A stretch of DNA of 64,000 nucleotides from Vicinamibacteria bacterium (GTDB lineage: Bacteria; Acidobacteriota; Vicinamibacteria; Marinacidobacterales; Marinacidobacteraceae): the NCBI GenBank assembly GCA_963668695.2, contig CAXXLQ010000004.1, forward strand, positions 1,728,001 through 1,792,000. Direction: 5' to 3'. The notes under the pieces are model-generated. The model worked only from the letters and a program-made list of their open reading frames with translations. It did no database searches and had not been told where the DNA came from. The position numbers and the translations under genes are program-made. Each line of letters starts with the position of its first letter. The stretch's first letter is position 1. Below are positions 1 to 10,094 of this stretch, one piece after another.

Positions 1-112
1 TGCCGGCCGGAGGTCCCTCTCCAGTCGCGCTATCCGGGGGCGGAAAGGCGCCCTTCCGGACGTCAGCCCGGTTCCGAGACGCGGCGGCGCGCCATCCCCG
101 GACCGCCGGCCC

Positions 113-1459
113 TTAGTTAGCCGCGTCGATCGCCTGGTAGATCAGTGCCCGGAACCTGGCGTGGTCGTCCAGGTTCCCGGCGGGGATCAGTTGCGCGAGG
201 TACACGACGACCAGCTCCTCCTGCGGGTCGACCCAATAGCTCGAGTGATAGGCCCCTCCCCACCCGTATTCGCCGGCCGAGCCGAGCTCGCCGCGCGCGC
301 CGAGGTCGTCCACGATCCGGAAGCCGAGCCCGAATCCGACGCCCGATTCCTCGCCGAAGAGGGCGCCGGTGTCGTTCACGTTCCTGACCAGCAGCCCGCC
401 GAGGTGATCCACGGTCATGAGCTCGACGCTCTTCGGTGAAAGGATGCGCGCGTCGCCGAGCTTGCCGCCGTTCAGCATCATCTGCAGCAACCGCGCATAG
501 TCGGCGGCCGTCGACAGGATGCCGGCGCCCCCGGAGAAGCTCACCCGCGGCCCGTCGAGATAGGCCCCCTGTCCCACCATGCCGCCGGGATCGGGAGCGC
601 GGGTGAGGCCGCCGTCGCCGGCCGAATACACGACGGTCAGGCGATCCTGCTTTTCGGGCGGGAGATAGAAGTGGGTGTCCGCCATCCCGAGCGGTTCGAA
701 GATGCGGGTCCGGAGAAACTCGTCGAGCGGGACTCCCGAGGCGACCTCGACGACCGCCCCCAGGATGTCGGTCGCGTAGCCGTAGACCCAGCGTTCGCCG
801 GGCTGGGCGTCGAAGGGAAGCGAAGCCATGCGCCGCACCGTTTCGCGAATCGGCTCTTCCCGGTGGGCGAAGTACCAGCCGGTGATCTCCGCTTCGGCCC
901 ATTCCTCGGTGGCCGGCCCCTGGCCGTAGCCGATCCCCGCGGTATGGGTGAGCAGGTGCCGGATGGTGATCGGCCGCCGCGCCGGCACGACGTCGTACGT
1001 CCCATCGGGGTTGGCGCTGGCGACTGTGGTCTCCCCGTATTCCGGGAGATGGCGGCCGACCGGATCCGAGATCAGCAGCCGTCCCTCCTCCTGCAGGATC
1101 ATGATGGCCACGCTCACGATCGCCTTGGTCTGGGAAGCGATCCGAAAGATGTCATCGGCTTCGAGTGGGTCGCCGGCTTCCCGGTCGCGGTAACCGAAGG
1201 CTTTGAGGTAGACGGTCTCCCCGCGACTGGCAACGAGCGCTACCGCGCCGGGAAGGGTCCCAGACTCGACATAGCTCTCGAGAGCGGCGTCGAGCCGGGC
1301 CAGCCGTTCCGGATCCAGTCCGGCTGAGCCGCTTGGGGGCGGTGCGACCGCGCACGAGCCCGCGACGCCGCCAGCGAGGACGGTGAGGATCCCACAGGTT
1401 ACGAGAGCCGAAAGCACTCCTCCGAGCCGCTTCGCGGGTTTGTCTCTGATGACTCTCAT
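113..1459 (-). CDS. Serine hydrolase, beta-lactamase/AmpC-like family (probably exported)
   Basis: SxxK motif (IASQTK), LLTHTAG, YGYATD and WGG motifs. Start moved to the ATG at 1459 (MRVIRDK...) because the longer ORF runs into a MITE. Confidence 0.85.
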   Translation of the reverse strand: MRVIRDKPAKRLGGVLSALVTCGILTVLAGGVAGSCAVAPPPSGSAGLDPERLARLDAALESYVESGTLPGAVALVASRGETVYLKAFGYRDREAGDPLEADDIFRIASQTKAIVSVAIMILQEEGRLLISDPVGRHLPEYGETTVASANPDGTYDVVPARRPITIRHLLTHTAGIGYGQGPATEEWAEAEITGWYFAHREEPIRETVRRMASLPFDAQPGERWVYGYATDILGAVVEVASGVPLDEFLRTRIFEPLGMADTHFYLPPEKQDRLTVVYSAGDGGLTRAPDPGGMVGQGAYLDGPRVSFSGGAGILSTAADYARLLQMMLNGGKLGDARILSPKSVELMTVDHLGGLLVRNVNDTGALFGEESGVGFGLGFRIVDDLGARGELGSAGEYGWGGAYHSSYWVDPQEELVVVYLAQLIPAGNLDDHARFRALIYQAIDAAN

Positions 1460-1606
1460 GGCGTTCTCCCGAGTGGCCGGACCATCGCACCGCGGCGCCA
1501 GCTTGGCCGGTTCGCGGCGGCACGCGGCCGAACGCACCCGGCCGGGGAGGATACCCGGCGGATTTCGCCGCGCCCCGAGGGGAGGCGCGAGCGAGGAGGG
1601 TGTGCG

Positions 1607-1675
1607 ATGGCAGGGATCCACAAGCTGAGCATCGAGCTGATGGACCTGATTGCGTTCTACCGCGAGCGCGGTTGA
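1607..1675 (+). pseudogene. Possible 3' remnant of a DinB-family gene
   Basis: Reads [22 protein letters not shown], resembling the C-terminus of the DinB at 43277 (QDLITFYRR). Confidence 0.3.
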
Positions 1676-1713
1676 GCCGGCAGGGGTTCGAGGGGCGCTG
1701 ACACCCGGGTTAA

Positions 1714-1928
1714 CAGCCTGTGGCAAAACCCACCCGGCCCAGTTCTCCCGGTGGGGGCTCGACGGGCGATCCATCCCGGCTGAACCGCCCCGCTTCGCGG
1801 TGCTCTGCGTTGCGCTTCGGTCGAAATACACTCGGGCCAGTTCTCCCGGTGGGGGCTCCTCCCTTGCGCGCCTTGTCAGCCCGGCGCCTCGCCCGTCTCG
1901 GCGCTCACGTGGGTTTCACCACAGGCTG
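1714..1928. mobile_element. MITE-A copy 1 (contains two 18-nt inserts)
   Basis: Ends CAGCCTGTGG...CCACAGGCTG, TTAA on both sides (1710-1713, 1929-1932). Internally homologous to the copies at 50853, 52554, 54389 and 36883. Confidence 0.85.
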
Positions 1929-2261
1929 TTAAGCGCGGTTCGGAGCGTCTTCTACCGTCGCTGCATCCGAGCGTTCTACCAGTTCGATCCGGAGATCCTT
2001 GCCGAGGGCCGCGGCTGCGCGGCTCATGGAAAGAAGGGTTGCCGATCGGTTGTCGGGATTGAGGAGCCGGTCGAGCGCCGCGCGGCTGGTTCTCATCCGG
2101 GACGCCATTTCGGAGTTCGTAATGCCCTGTTGCTCGATGGCCTGTCGCATCTGAAACGCGAGGACTCGTTTGACGGCGGCGGCCCGCGTCTCAGCGAGGG
2201 CGCCATCCTCTTCAAGCAGTTCATCGAGGGAAGAGCCGATGTGTGGATTCGGGAGGGACAC
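1929..2261 (-). CDS. XRE/HTH antitoxin-like protein (HigA-like), orphan
   Basis: NPHIGSSLDELLEEDG N-terminus and HTH (SEMASRMRTSRAALDRLL). No upstream toxin ORF. Confidence 0.75.
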   Translation of the reverse strand: MSLPNPHIGSSLDELLEEDGALAETRAAAVKRVLAFQMRQAIEQQGITNSEMASRMRTSRAALDRLLNPDNRSATLLSMSRAAAALGKDLRIELVERSDAATVEDAPNRA

Positions 2262-2270
2262 TGACGAAGA

Positions 2271-2292
2271 GATGTATCATAAATGATACATC
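2271..2292. promoter_or_regulatory. Operator-like palindrome GATGTATCAT-aa-ATGATACATC
   Basis: Perfect 10-bp inverted repeat starting 10 nt upstream of the HTH gene start. Confidence 0.65.
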
Positions 2293-2341
2293 CCGCGAGG
2301 ATGGACATCTCTTGGGCCGGCGCACTCGGCCTCGCTGTAGT

Positions 2342-2368
2342 CAGTAGTAAAGGATTCCTTTACTACTG
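2342..2368. promoter_or_regulatory. AT-rich palindrome CAGTAGTAAAGGA-t-TCCTTTACTACTG
   Basis: Perfect 13-bp inverted repeat. Confidence 0.5.
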
Positions 2369-2421
2369 CCGCGGACGGGAAAAGGCATCTGACGCGCTTC
2401 TCCAAGCTCCGTCCATAGCGA

Positions 2422-2443
2422 TTCAAGTTAGTACTAACTTGAA
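2422..2443. promoter_or_regulatory. Perfect 22-bp palindrome TTCAAGTTAGTACTAACTTGAA
   Basis: Self-complementary and AT-rich in a GC-rich background. Confidence 0.5.
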
Positions 2444-2506
2444 CTCACTAAGGCCGATCTCTGCCGTCGCACGTCAAAGATGGAACTATCCAAGGAATCC
2501 AATATC

Positions 2507-2532
2507 ACTTTATACGCGGTATTTTATAAAGT
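2507..2532 (+). promoter_or_regulatory. Inverted repeat ACTTTATA-N10-TATAAAGT overlapping a -10 box upstream of the ATPase
   Basis: 8-bp IR; TAAAGT lies 6 nt before the ATG at 2539. Confidence 0.55.
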
Positions 2533-2538
2533 ATACCT

Positions 2539-3693
2539 ATGGCCATGCCGCTGCTACGTTCGTTCTGGATCAACCGGATCGAGCGCGCCTGGGACTCCCG
2601 AAGCATCGTCTGGCTCTCAGGGGCGCGGCGCCTCGGGAAGACCGTGCTGAGCCGGCAGGTTCCGAATGCGCGTTACTTCAACTGCGACTTGCCCTCGGTG
2701 AGGGATCGCCTGGCGGATCCCGAGTCCTTCTTCGCCCACCTTCCGCCCGACTCCCGGATCGTGCTGGACGAGGTGCATCGAGCCGAGGATCCGGCCGGTC
2801 TGCTGAAGATCGCGGCGGACGCCTGGCCAAGCATTCGCGTGCTGGCCACCGGTTCCGCCACCCTTCACGCGAGCCGGCGGTTCAGTGACTCGCTCGTGGG
2901 GCGCAAGTGGCCGATCCGCTTCGCTCCGGTACTGTGGCGCGAGTCTCCGGACTGGACCGGCGCGGCGGATCTGGAGCGCCGACTTCTGAACGGAGGGTTC
3001 CCGGACCAACTGCTGCTCCCCGCGCCGGACCCACTCTGGTTCGAGGAGTGGATGGATAGTTTCTTCGCCCGGGACATCCTGCCGCTCTTTGACATCCGGG
3101 GCCGGGGCGGCTTCCTGCGCGTGGTTGCCGCGGTGTTCGTTCGGAACGCTGACCTGCTGGACATTTCGTCCGTCGCCCGGGACGCCGGGGTGAGCCGGCC
3201 GACTGCGGTCCACCACCTCGACATCCTCGACGGCTGCCAACTCACGGTGCGCGTGCCGCCTTTCCATGGCGGTGGACGCAGAGAACTCGTCCGCCGTCCC
3301 CGGGTGTATGCGCTGGATACCGGCCTGGTCTGTCATTTGCGCGGCTGGACGAGCCTCCGCCCGGCGGACCGCGGCCCTCTCTGGGAGAATCTGGTGCTGG
3401 ACGAACTACTGACGGCCATCCCGCAGAGTCGGATTCACTATTGGCGGGACGGGGCAGGCCACGAGGTGGATTTCGCCATCGTTGCGGGACGGGACCGGGT
3501 GGCCGCGGTGGAGGCGAAGATCTCCCCGGACGCCTTCAATCCCAAGGCGCTCGCGAGGTTTCGCCGGGCGTATCCCGATGGCGCGAACCTGCTCTGCTGT
3601 CCGTTTGTGGACGAGCCGATCCCGCGGCGACTGGGAGGATTCGAGGTCACCGTGTGCGCCCCGTCGCAGGTGGCTGAACTGATCCGGGCGTAG
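2539..3693 (+). CDS. AAA+ ATPase with DUF4143 C-terminal domain
   Basis: Walker A GARRLGKT, Walker B VLDEVH, ATGS, YALDTGL, and EVDF...VEAK nuclease-like motif. Confidence 0.85.
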   Translation: MAMPLLRSFWINRIERAWDSRSIVWLSGARRLGKTVLSRQVPNARYFNCDLPSVRDRLADPESFFAHLPPDSRIVLDEVHRAEDPAGLLKIAADAWPSIRVLATGSATLHASRRFSDSLVGRKWPIRFAPVLWRESPDWTGAADLERRLLNGGFPDQLLLPAPDPLWFEEWMDSFFARDILPLFDIRGRGGFLRVVAAVFVRNADLLDISSVARDAGVSRPTAVHHLDILDGCQLTVRVPPFHGGGRRELVRRPRVYALDTGLVCHLRGWTSLRPADRGPLWENLVLDELLTAIPQSRIHYWRDGAGHEVDFAIVAGRDRVAAVEAKISPDAFNPKALARFRRAYPDGANLLCCPFVDEPIPRRLGGFEVTVCAPSQVAELIRA

Positions 3694-3788
3694 AAGGCGT
3701 TGGTCCGCCGGCGGCAGGCGATGCCGGTGTGAGCACCGGCTCTGCAACGAGGCCGGGGCGTAAACCCCGCCTGCAGCGCGCCGGGGGT

Positions 3789-4313
3789 TCAGGGGGAGTC
3801 CTTCGCCTCGACTTCCCGGATGACGCTCATGAGGAGGCCCGGCCTGACGTGCAGGGAGGAGCGGTGCGGCACGTCAGCGGAGAATCCCGGCGATCTCCCG
3901 CCGCGACCGCTGACCGCGGCGGATGGCGCGCACCAGCAACCCGAGAGTCCCGTGGACGCGAATCCCGAGACTGCGGGCGGCAAGACGCGCGGCCGTGTCG
4001 TCCGTCAGCAGCATGGCGCCCGGCTGACCCATCGCGATCTGGATCGCAGCCGTTTCGCCGACATGCAATGCGAGCAGTCGGACAAGGGCACGGAGTTCGG
4101 CCGATGGAGGTGCACCGGGGGCAGCGGGTGCCAAGCGGTTTGCGGCCGGTCGAGGGCTTCCGGACGATGACGTTGAACTTCGCGCCGAACTGCGACCGGC
4201 ACGATCACCTCGGGAAAATCCCGCAGCAGGTCTAGACAGTCCAACTCATCCAGATGAATGATCGGACCGGCATCGCAGATGACCGGCCCGCGGGGCGGTT
4301 CAGCCGTCTCCAC
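3789..4313 (-). pseudogene. PIN-domain (DUF3368-like) toxin with two frameshifts
   Basis: VICDAGPIIHL (ORF 4005-4313), GETAAI..LLTDD..AR..GTLGLL (ORF 3874-4134) and C-terminal SSLHVRPGLL (ORF 3789-3983) are split over shifted frames. Confidence 0.75.
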
Positions 4314-4500
4314 GGAGTCCCCATCGGACGTCCTCCTTCATGAACGCTTCGGTCAGCTCGGAGGAATGGGACTCGAGAAAACGGCGAAGGGCTTCAGCGA
4401 GCAAGTCGTCCATGCCGCTCGCGCATCCTTCGGCGACGAACGCCTGAGCCTGGGCGGCGAGTTCGGCTGGCAACTCGGCCTCGATGCGGACTTTCTCCAT
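4300..4500 (-). CDS. Small CopG/RHH-like antitoxin
   Basis: 66 aa MEKVRIEAELPAEL...EDVRWGLRGDG, overlapping the PIN gene start. TACTTT -10 box 6 nt upstream. Confidence 0.7.
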   Translation of the reverse strand: MEKVRIEAELPAELAAQAQAFVAEGCASGMDDLLAEALRRFLESHSSELTEAFMKEDVRWGLRGDG

Positions 4501-4689
4501 ACGGCGAAAGTAGCGCGCCGTGCCTGGATGGGGCGAACGAAATAGGGCACAGCCGGGCACTCAAGGGATCGGGACCGGCCGCTTTCGACGGTGCGCGCTG
4601 GGTGCCGGGGCGAGCCGAAGTTCAGCCGGGTGCCGGTACTCTCGCGATTTGTGGGGTGGCCCTCACGCGGGCGGGGCGCAGCGCCATCG

Positions 4690-4860
4690 GCGCTGGTTTC
4701 GCGCTCCCGCGCGGTGCCGGGCCCCACCGGGAGAACTGCCCAGAGGTCGGCGTTCCAAGCCGTCCCCGCGCCTTTTCCTGGTCGGCGGTCCGCGGTTTCG
4801 CTGGCCTGCGGCCAGCGGTGCCGGTCTGAGAAGACCGGCGTTCCCTGCCCGGCGCGCCAT
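4690..4860. repeat. REP-like hairpin cluster (family B) with 18-nt insert at 4721-4738
   Basis: Shares GGTTTCGCGCTCCCGCGCG.TGCCGG...GGCG.TCCAAGCCGTCCCCGCG with 22525-22670 and 33316-33642. Confidence 0.75.
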
Positions 4861-4887
4861 CTGGACTGGCCGGGGTTTCCGCACCAC

Positions 4888-4954
4888 TCAGTACCCGAAC
4901 AGGTTGGGGAGGAACAACACCACGCCCGGCAGGAACCCGATGACCAGGGTGAGC
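4888..4954 (-). pseudogene. Duplicated 3' tip of TRAP dctM
   Basis: Near copy of 19551-19617 (LTLVIGFLPGVVLFLPNLFGY*). Confidence 0.8.
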
Positions 4955-4970
4955 TTCCGGGGGGACGCGG

Positions 4971-6173
4971 TCAGGTGACGAGTCGCCTGGGCAGCGTTGG
5001 ATTGAGGTGCATGATCAAGTCGTAGACGGACGCACCGGAAGCCGCGCTCGCGTCCTCGGGCCTCGAACCGTCCTGCCAGTCGAAATAGGTGGCGATGTCA
5101 CCCACCTGCACGGTCTTTTGCGGCCCGATCTCGATGATCGTGTGGCTTGAAGACACGCTCGCGATGATGGGGTACCGAGTTCCACCGATTCGTACCCAGC
5201 CACCTTTGGCCGCCGCCCTGGGCACACCGTCGACGTGACCAGCGGGGATGGTTGCTATCCAGACATCCCGATCGGCTTTGTAGGCCGCCTCGTACCCGGC
5301 GGTGTCACCCTTCTGCAGCTCTTTCACGAGTACCACTCGAGCCTTCAAGCTCATGGACGGCTGCAGATCGAGCAGGCCCATTTCGCGAAACCCCGGCATC
5401 GAGTACTGACCAAAGAGCGCCATGCCGGGCCGCACCACATCAAGGTACGCCGGTGGGTTGTCAAACAGGGCGAAGCTCGCAGCCGCGTGCCGCCGGCCCA
5501 TGGAAATTCCCCTCGCGGCCAGGGTTTCTTCGACCTCCCGGAATCGCTGCAACTGCAGCTTCTCGAATTCGGGATCCTCGTTCAGCGTGGTCATCGTAGC
5601 GACGAGGTTCACACCTTCTCGCCCGGCGAGATCGGCGATCAGCCCGGCCGCGTCCCGGTACGGAACGCCCACCCGGCCCATCCCGGTATCCACGCACACC
5701 TGCACCGGGATCGGCGACTGCCGCCTGGTTGCCAATCGGGCCAACGCGTCGCCCACCTCTGTGTAGACCATCGGCATGACGTCGCGCATCACCGCCGCCT
5801 CCAGGTCGGCGTCATCGAAAGGGCCCATCAGGAGAATCGGTTTGGTGATTCCGGCGTCGCGCAGCTCGATGGCCTCGTTCAGTCTTACGACCGCCATGCC
5901 GGTCACGCTGGCCTCTGACTCGAGAATCCGGGCCATGTTGATGAGGCCCATGCCATAGGCGTTGTTCTTGATGACCGCCAGGATGGGACGACCTGCTACG
6001 AGGCGGCTGACTTCCCTGACGTTGTGGCGAACGTGCTCGGGTCGAACCTCAACCCACGGGTCGAAACTGGAATACCGGGCGGCGGTCTGAGCCTCGGCGC
6101 GCGCGGCCGGGGCCCATCCGAGCGCCACGGGCGCCAGCGCCGACCGCAACGCCGTGCGTCGGGAAATTCTCAT
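4971..6173 (-). CDS. alr: Alanine racemase-family protein with twin-arginine signal peptide
   Basis: AVIKNNAYGMG PLP-lysine motif, VDTGMGRVG and VRPG. N-terminus MRISRRTAL...ARAEA. Confidence 0.8.
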   Translation of the reverse strand: MRISRRTALRSALAPVALGWAPAARAEAQTAARYSSFDPWVEVRPEHVRHNVREVSRLVAGRPILAVIKNNAYGMGLINMARILESEASVTGMAVVRLNEAIELRDAGITKPILLMGPFDDADLEAAVMRDVMPMVYTEVGDALARLATRRQSPIPVQVCVDTGMGRVGVPYRDAAGLIADLAGREGVNLVATMTTLNEDPEFEKLQLQRFREVEETLAARGISMGRRHAAASFALFDNPPAYLDVVRPGMALFGQYSMPGFREMGLLDLQPSMSLKARVVLVKELQKGDTAGYEAAYKADRDVWIATIPAGHVDGVPRAAAKGGWVRIGGTRYPIIASVSSSHTIIEIGPQKTVQVGDIATYFDWQDGSRPEDASAASGASVYDLIMHLNPTLPRRLVT

Positions 6174-6301
6174 GACCGCAACTCTAAGGACTTGCGGATG
6201 GACCAACCAGCACCCCGCGACTGGGGAGCATGGTGGAAGCCTTCGTAACCCGGCACCCGGATAATCCGCCCCACCGGATCGATGACTGGTGGACGTGACC
6301 A

Positions 6302-7723
6302 TTGCCTGACACATCCCTGAGCGAGCGTTCGCGACTCAAGCCGGTCCTCGCGCCGCTTCAGGTCGTGTCGCTGGCGCTCGGCTGTGTCATCGGCTTCGGC
6401 TGTTTCATCCTCGCCGGCGACTTCCTTGAGACGGCCGGACCGGTCGGCGCGGCGGCGGGCATTGTGCTCGGCGGGCTGGCGATGATCGTGATCGCCAGGA
6501 GCTACGGACTCATGGTCCGTACCTTTCCGGTGGCGGGGGCTGAGTTCGCTTATGCCTACCGGGCCGCCGGCCGGCACCATGCGGTGATCTGCGGCTGGTT
6601 TCTCACCCTCGGCTATCTGAGCATCGTTCCGCTCAACGCGACCGCGCTCGCCATCCTCGGCAAGTTCCTTGCGCCGGAGCTGTTCGCCCGGGGTTACCTC
6701 TACACGGTTGCCGGATTCGACGTGTTTGCCGGGGAGGTCGGCCTCGCGGCGTTCGCGGTGGTTCTCGTCGGGTTTCTTCACTCCCGGGGCGTGCAAGGCG
6801 TCGGGAGGACGCAGGTGGTCATGACCGGCCTCCTGGTTGCGGCGGTGGCGCTGGTGGGCATAGGCGCGCTCACCGGACCCGGCGCCAGCGTGGCCAACTG
6901 GGAGCCCTACTTCGCGCCCGGCCGGTCCGCCTGGACTGGCGTTTTGGCGATGCTCGCGATCTCGCCCTGGCTCTACGTCGGCTTCGACACTCTGCCGCAG
7001 GCCGCCGAGGAGTTCGCGTTCCCGGCCGGCAGGGCGTTTCGGCTGATGGCGGCGGCGATCCTGGCCGGCGCCGGGATGTATGTGGTGGTGGTGCTGGCGA
7101 CTGGGGTGGTCCTGCCCTGGCGCGAGCTGGTGGCCGGCGAGTCCGTCTGGGCGACCGGCGCCGCGGTGCGGGCGAGCCTGGGAACGGTGGGAGTGGCCAT
7201 CCTGAGCGTTGCCGTCGTCCTGGCGATCTTCACCGGAATCAACGGCTTCTTCATGGCGAGCAGCCGCCTCATGTTCAGCATGGGACGGGCGCGGTTACTG
7301 CCGGCCTGGTTCGGGAGCATCGACCGCGCCCGCGGCACGCCTCGAAACGCCCTGCTGTTCACCGGGGCGGTTTCGCTGCTCGCACCCTGGTTCGGCCGCG
7401 AGGTCATCGTTTGGGTGGTGGACATGGCCGCGGTCGGCACCGCCTGCGCCTACCTGTACACCTGCCTCGCGGCGTTCTCGCTGGCGCGCCGCCGACGGGC
7501 GCGGATGGAAGCGGTGCTCGGCGCCATCCTGTCCGCCGGGTTCTTGATCCTCCTGTGCGTTCCCGGGATGCCCGGCTTCATGGCATTGCCCTCCTGGATC
7601 GCCCTGGCCGGCTGGATCGCGCTCGGCGCGCTCTTCTACTTGGGACGCGCCCGGGAGTACGCGGCGATTCCCGACGCCGAGTTGGACACGCTGATCCTCG
7701 GAGCCTCGCGGGGTAGTCCGTAA
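6302..7723 (+). CDS. APC-family amino acid permease
   Basis: About 12 TM segments; GCVIGFG, FPVAGAEFAY, YVGFD and SSRLMFSMGR motifs. Confidence 0.85.
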   Translation: MPDTSLSERSRLKPVLAPLQVVSLALGCVIGFGCFILAGDFLETAGPVGAAAGIVLGGLAMIVIARSYGLMVRTFPVAGAEFAYAYRAAGRHHAVICGWFLTLGYLSIVPLNATALAILGKFLAPELFARGYLYTVAGFDVFAGEVGLAAFAVVLVGFLHSRGVQGVGRTQVVMTGLLVAAVALVGIGALTGPGASVANWEPYFAPGRSAWTGVLAMLAISPWLYVGFDTLPQAAEEFAFPAGRAFRLMAAAILAGAGMYVVVVLATGVVLPWRELVAGESVWATGAAVRASLGTVGVAILSVAVVLAIFTGINGFFMASSRLMFSMGRARLLPAWFGSIDRARGTPRNALLFTGAVSLLAPWFGREVIVWVVDMAAVGTACAYLYTCLAAFSLARRRRARMEAVLGAILSAGFLILLCVPGMPGFMALPSWIALAGWIALGALFYLGRAREYAAIPDAELDTLILGASRGSP

Positions 7724-7735
7724 GGGCGTCGCGAG

Positions 7736-8355
7736 TCAGTTGGTCGTGTCGATCGCCTGGTAGACCAGTGCCCGGAACTTGGCGTGGTCGTCCAGGTTCC
7801 CGGCGGGGATCAGCTGCGCCAAGTACACGACGACCAGCTCCTCCTGCGGGTCCACCCAGTAGCTCGAGTGATAGGCCCCTCCCCATCCGTACTCGGCCGA
7901 GCCGAGCGCGCCGCGCGCACCCAGGTCGTCCACCACCCGGAAGCCGAGTCCGAATCCGACGCCCGGTTCCGCACCGAACAGGGCGCCGGTGTCGTTCACG
8001 TTCCTGACCAGCAGCCCGCCGACGTGATCCACGGTCATGAGCTCGACGCTCTTCGGTGAAAGGACGCGCGCGTCGCCGAGCTTGCCGCCGTTCAGCATCA
8101 TCTGGAGGAACCGCGCGTAGTCGGCGGCCGTCGACAGGATGCCGGCGCCCCCCGAGAAGCTCATCCGCGGTCCGTCGAGGTAGGCCCCCTGTCCGACCAT
8201 GCCGCCGGGATCCGGAGCGCGGGTGAGGCCGCCATCGCCAGCCGAATACACGACGGTGAGGCGATCGCCCTTTTCAGACGGGAGATAGAAGTGGGTGTCC
8301 GCCATCCCCAGCGGCTCGAAGATGCGGGTCCGGAGGAACTCGTCGAGCGGGACTC
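7736..8355 (-). pseudogene. 5'-truncated duplicate of the serine hydrolase at 113-1459
   Basis: Nucleotide-level copy of 113-735 with substitutions and one 3-nt deletion (GSAGEYG to GSAEYG). Lacks SxxK. Confidence 0.9.
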
Positions 8356-8714
8356 ACCTGCGCGGCTGGATGGACCTTCGCCCGGCCGACCGCGGCCCCC
8401 TCTGGGAGAACCTGGTGGTGGACGAACTACTGACCGCCATCCCGCAGAGCCGGATTCACTACTGGCGGGACGGGGCGGGACACGAGGTGGATTTCGCCAT
8501 CGTTGCGGGTCGGGACCGGGTGGCCGCGGTGGAGGCGAAGACCTCCCCGGACGGCTTCGATGCGAAAGCGCTCGCGAGATTTCGCCGGGCGTATCCCGAT
8601 GGTCCGAACGTGCTCTGCTGTCCGTTCGTGGACGAGCCCATCCCGCGGCGACTCGGAGGATTCGAGGTTACCGTGTGCGCCCCGTCGCAAGTGGCTGAAC
8701 TGATCCGGGCGTAG
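8356..8714 (+). pseudogene. 5'-truncated duplicate of the DUF4143 ATPase at 2539-3693
   Basis: Nucleotide-level copy of about 3335-3700. Confidence 0.9.
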
Positions 8715-8870
8715 AAGGCGTCTGGCTCCCCGGTGGTGGGCTATGCCGGTGGGAACAGTGGTCCAGTTTGCCCCTGGGGCGTCGTCCGGGGAGCGATGGG
8801 TTTGCTGTCTGTGCCCGTGCCGCAGTCCGCCGCGGTGATCAGCAGAGGGCGAGAGGCCGGAGCATCCAAC

Positions 8871-10094
8871 TCATCCGCCCTGCGGGAAGACGCACCGCAG
8901 CAGGTCGATGTCGGCCCACAGCACCGCCTCGGCGTCCGGCGCCTGCGCGCCCCGCAGCGTGAGGGACATCGGGACACCCACGGTGGTGGTGTCGGGGTCG
9001 TAATCCTCGGTATGTATGTAGCCGAGAACATGGAAGATTTCGTGGTGGGTCACACCGTCGACGAAATGGTTGTACGGCGGCGGCGTGCGGTCGTCTTCGC
9101 ATCCTCGACACGGCCAGTACGTCAGAAAGGGCTGGAGGTAGCTGAAGGAGGATCCACAATTCGCTTGTGCGTCAGCCTCCGGCGACCCGTGGTTCACGTC
9201 GTCCATGTAGAAGCCGTGGATCTGTCCTCGGTCCCGCGGAAGCGGGCAGGTGCGCCGGAATCTTTGCTCGTCCTCGTTCCAACCCGGCCGCATCCCCTCG
9301 GGAACCGGGATCACGTCACCCATTTCCAGAATCCGGTATCCAAGCTGGTCCTCGATCTTGTCGGCCAGGAGTCCGACGGCATCGAGCAGTTCGACAAGGT
9401 CGGCTTCGTTTGCGACGTCCGGGAAGTTGCGGATCATGTCCACGCGGAACGGCGTCCCGTCCCACTCCCGGACGAAGCTCGAAAAGTTCAGCGCAAACTG
9501 GCGCTCGTTGGTGCATGCCCGCGGTTGCGGCGTCCCCATCACCCGATGGGTGTCCAGGGCCTCCCCGGGATTGACGGGATCGGGTGAGTCCCGTATCGGG
9601 GCGACGGCGTAGATTTCAACCTCGATCTCCACGTCCGCCTGGTTCCGGAACGCACCCTCGGAGAAGTCGAAGGCGTCGGCCGAGACGCTGATTCCGTCCC
9701 TGTCCGCGTCGTCGGGGGCGACTTCGTACTCGAACCGTTGATTGAAGGACGGCCGTTCCGGGGGCCAGTCGTCCTCGATCCAGGGCGAGAAGGTGGCGAG
9801 CCGGACGTGCTCGCCGATCTCGATGGCGAGCCGGGGCGAACCCGTCACGCTGACCGGCTCCGCGAACACTGCGATCAGCACGATCTTTTCGCCCGCGTGG
9901 TAGCCAGCCGGGGCCGAGGGCGCCGAAAATCCCCACACCAGCGCCTGAAGGGTCTGTGGCTCGGGCGGGGGCGCCGGCGCGGTTGGGGTTGGCGCCGGCG
10001 TGGGAGCGGGCACGACGGGTGTGCCGTCCGTGCCTCCGCCGCAGCCCGCCGCGACAATCAGGAGCGCGATGAGAGCCCAAGCTGTTCTGTACAC
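8871..10094 (-). CDS. Lipoprotein, putative zinc metallopeptidase (metzincin-like)
   Basis: Lipobox VAAGC, Pro/Thr linker, HEIFHVLGYIH (HExxHxxGxxH). Confidence 0.7.
   Translation of the reverse strand: MYRTAWALIALLIVAAGCGGGTDGTPVVPAPTPAPTPTAPAPPPEPQTLQALVWGFSAPSAPAGYHAGEKIVLIAVFAEPVSVTGSPRLAIEIGEHVRLATFSPWIEDDWPPERPSFNQRFEYEVAPDDADRDGISVSADAFDFSEGAFRNQADVEIEVEIYAVAPIRDSPDPVNPGEALDTHRVMGTPQPRACTNERQFALNFSSFVREWDGTPFRVDMIRNFPDVANEADLVELLDAVGLLADKIEDQLGYRILEMGDVIPVPEGMRPGWNEDEQRFRRTCPLPRDRGQIHGFYMDDVNHGSPEADAQANCGSSFSYLQPFLTYWPCRGCEDDRTPPPYNHFVDGVTHHEIFHVLGYIHTEDYDPDTTTVGVPMSLTLRGAQAPDAEAVLWADIDLLRCVFPQGG

Noticed and set aside
1460-1831. Extended N-termini of ORFs at 113-1831, 18998-19522, 21331-22716 and 37030-39489
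   Set aside because: The extensions are translated repeat sequence (PHRENW, PTGRTG and similar); better starts exist downstream.
113-8720. Diversity-generating retroelement (template/variable repeat pair)
   Set aside because: Differences between the duplicates are not adenine-specific, and no reverse transcriptase is present in the window.
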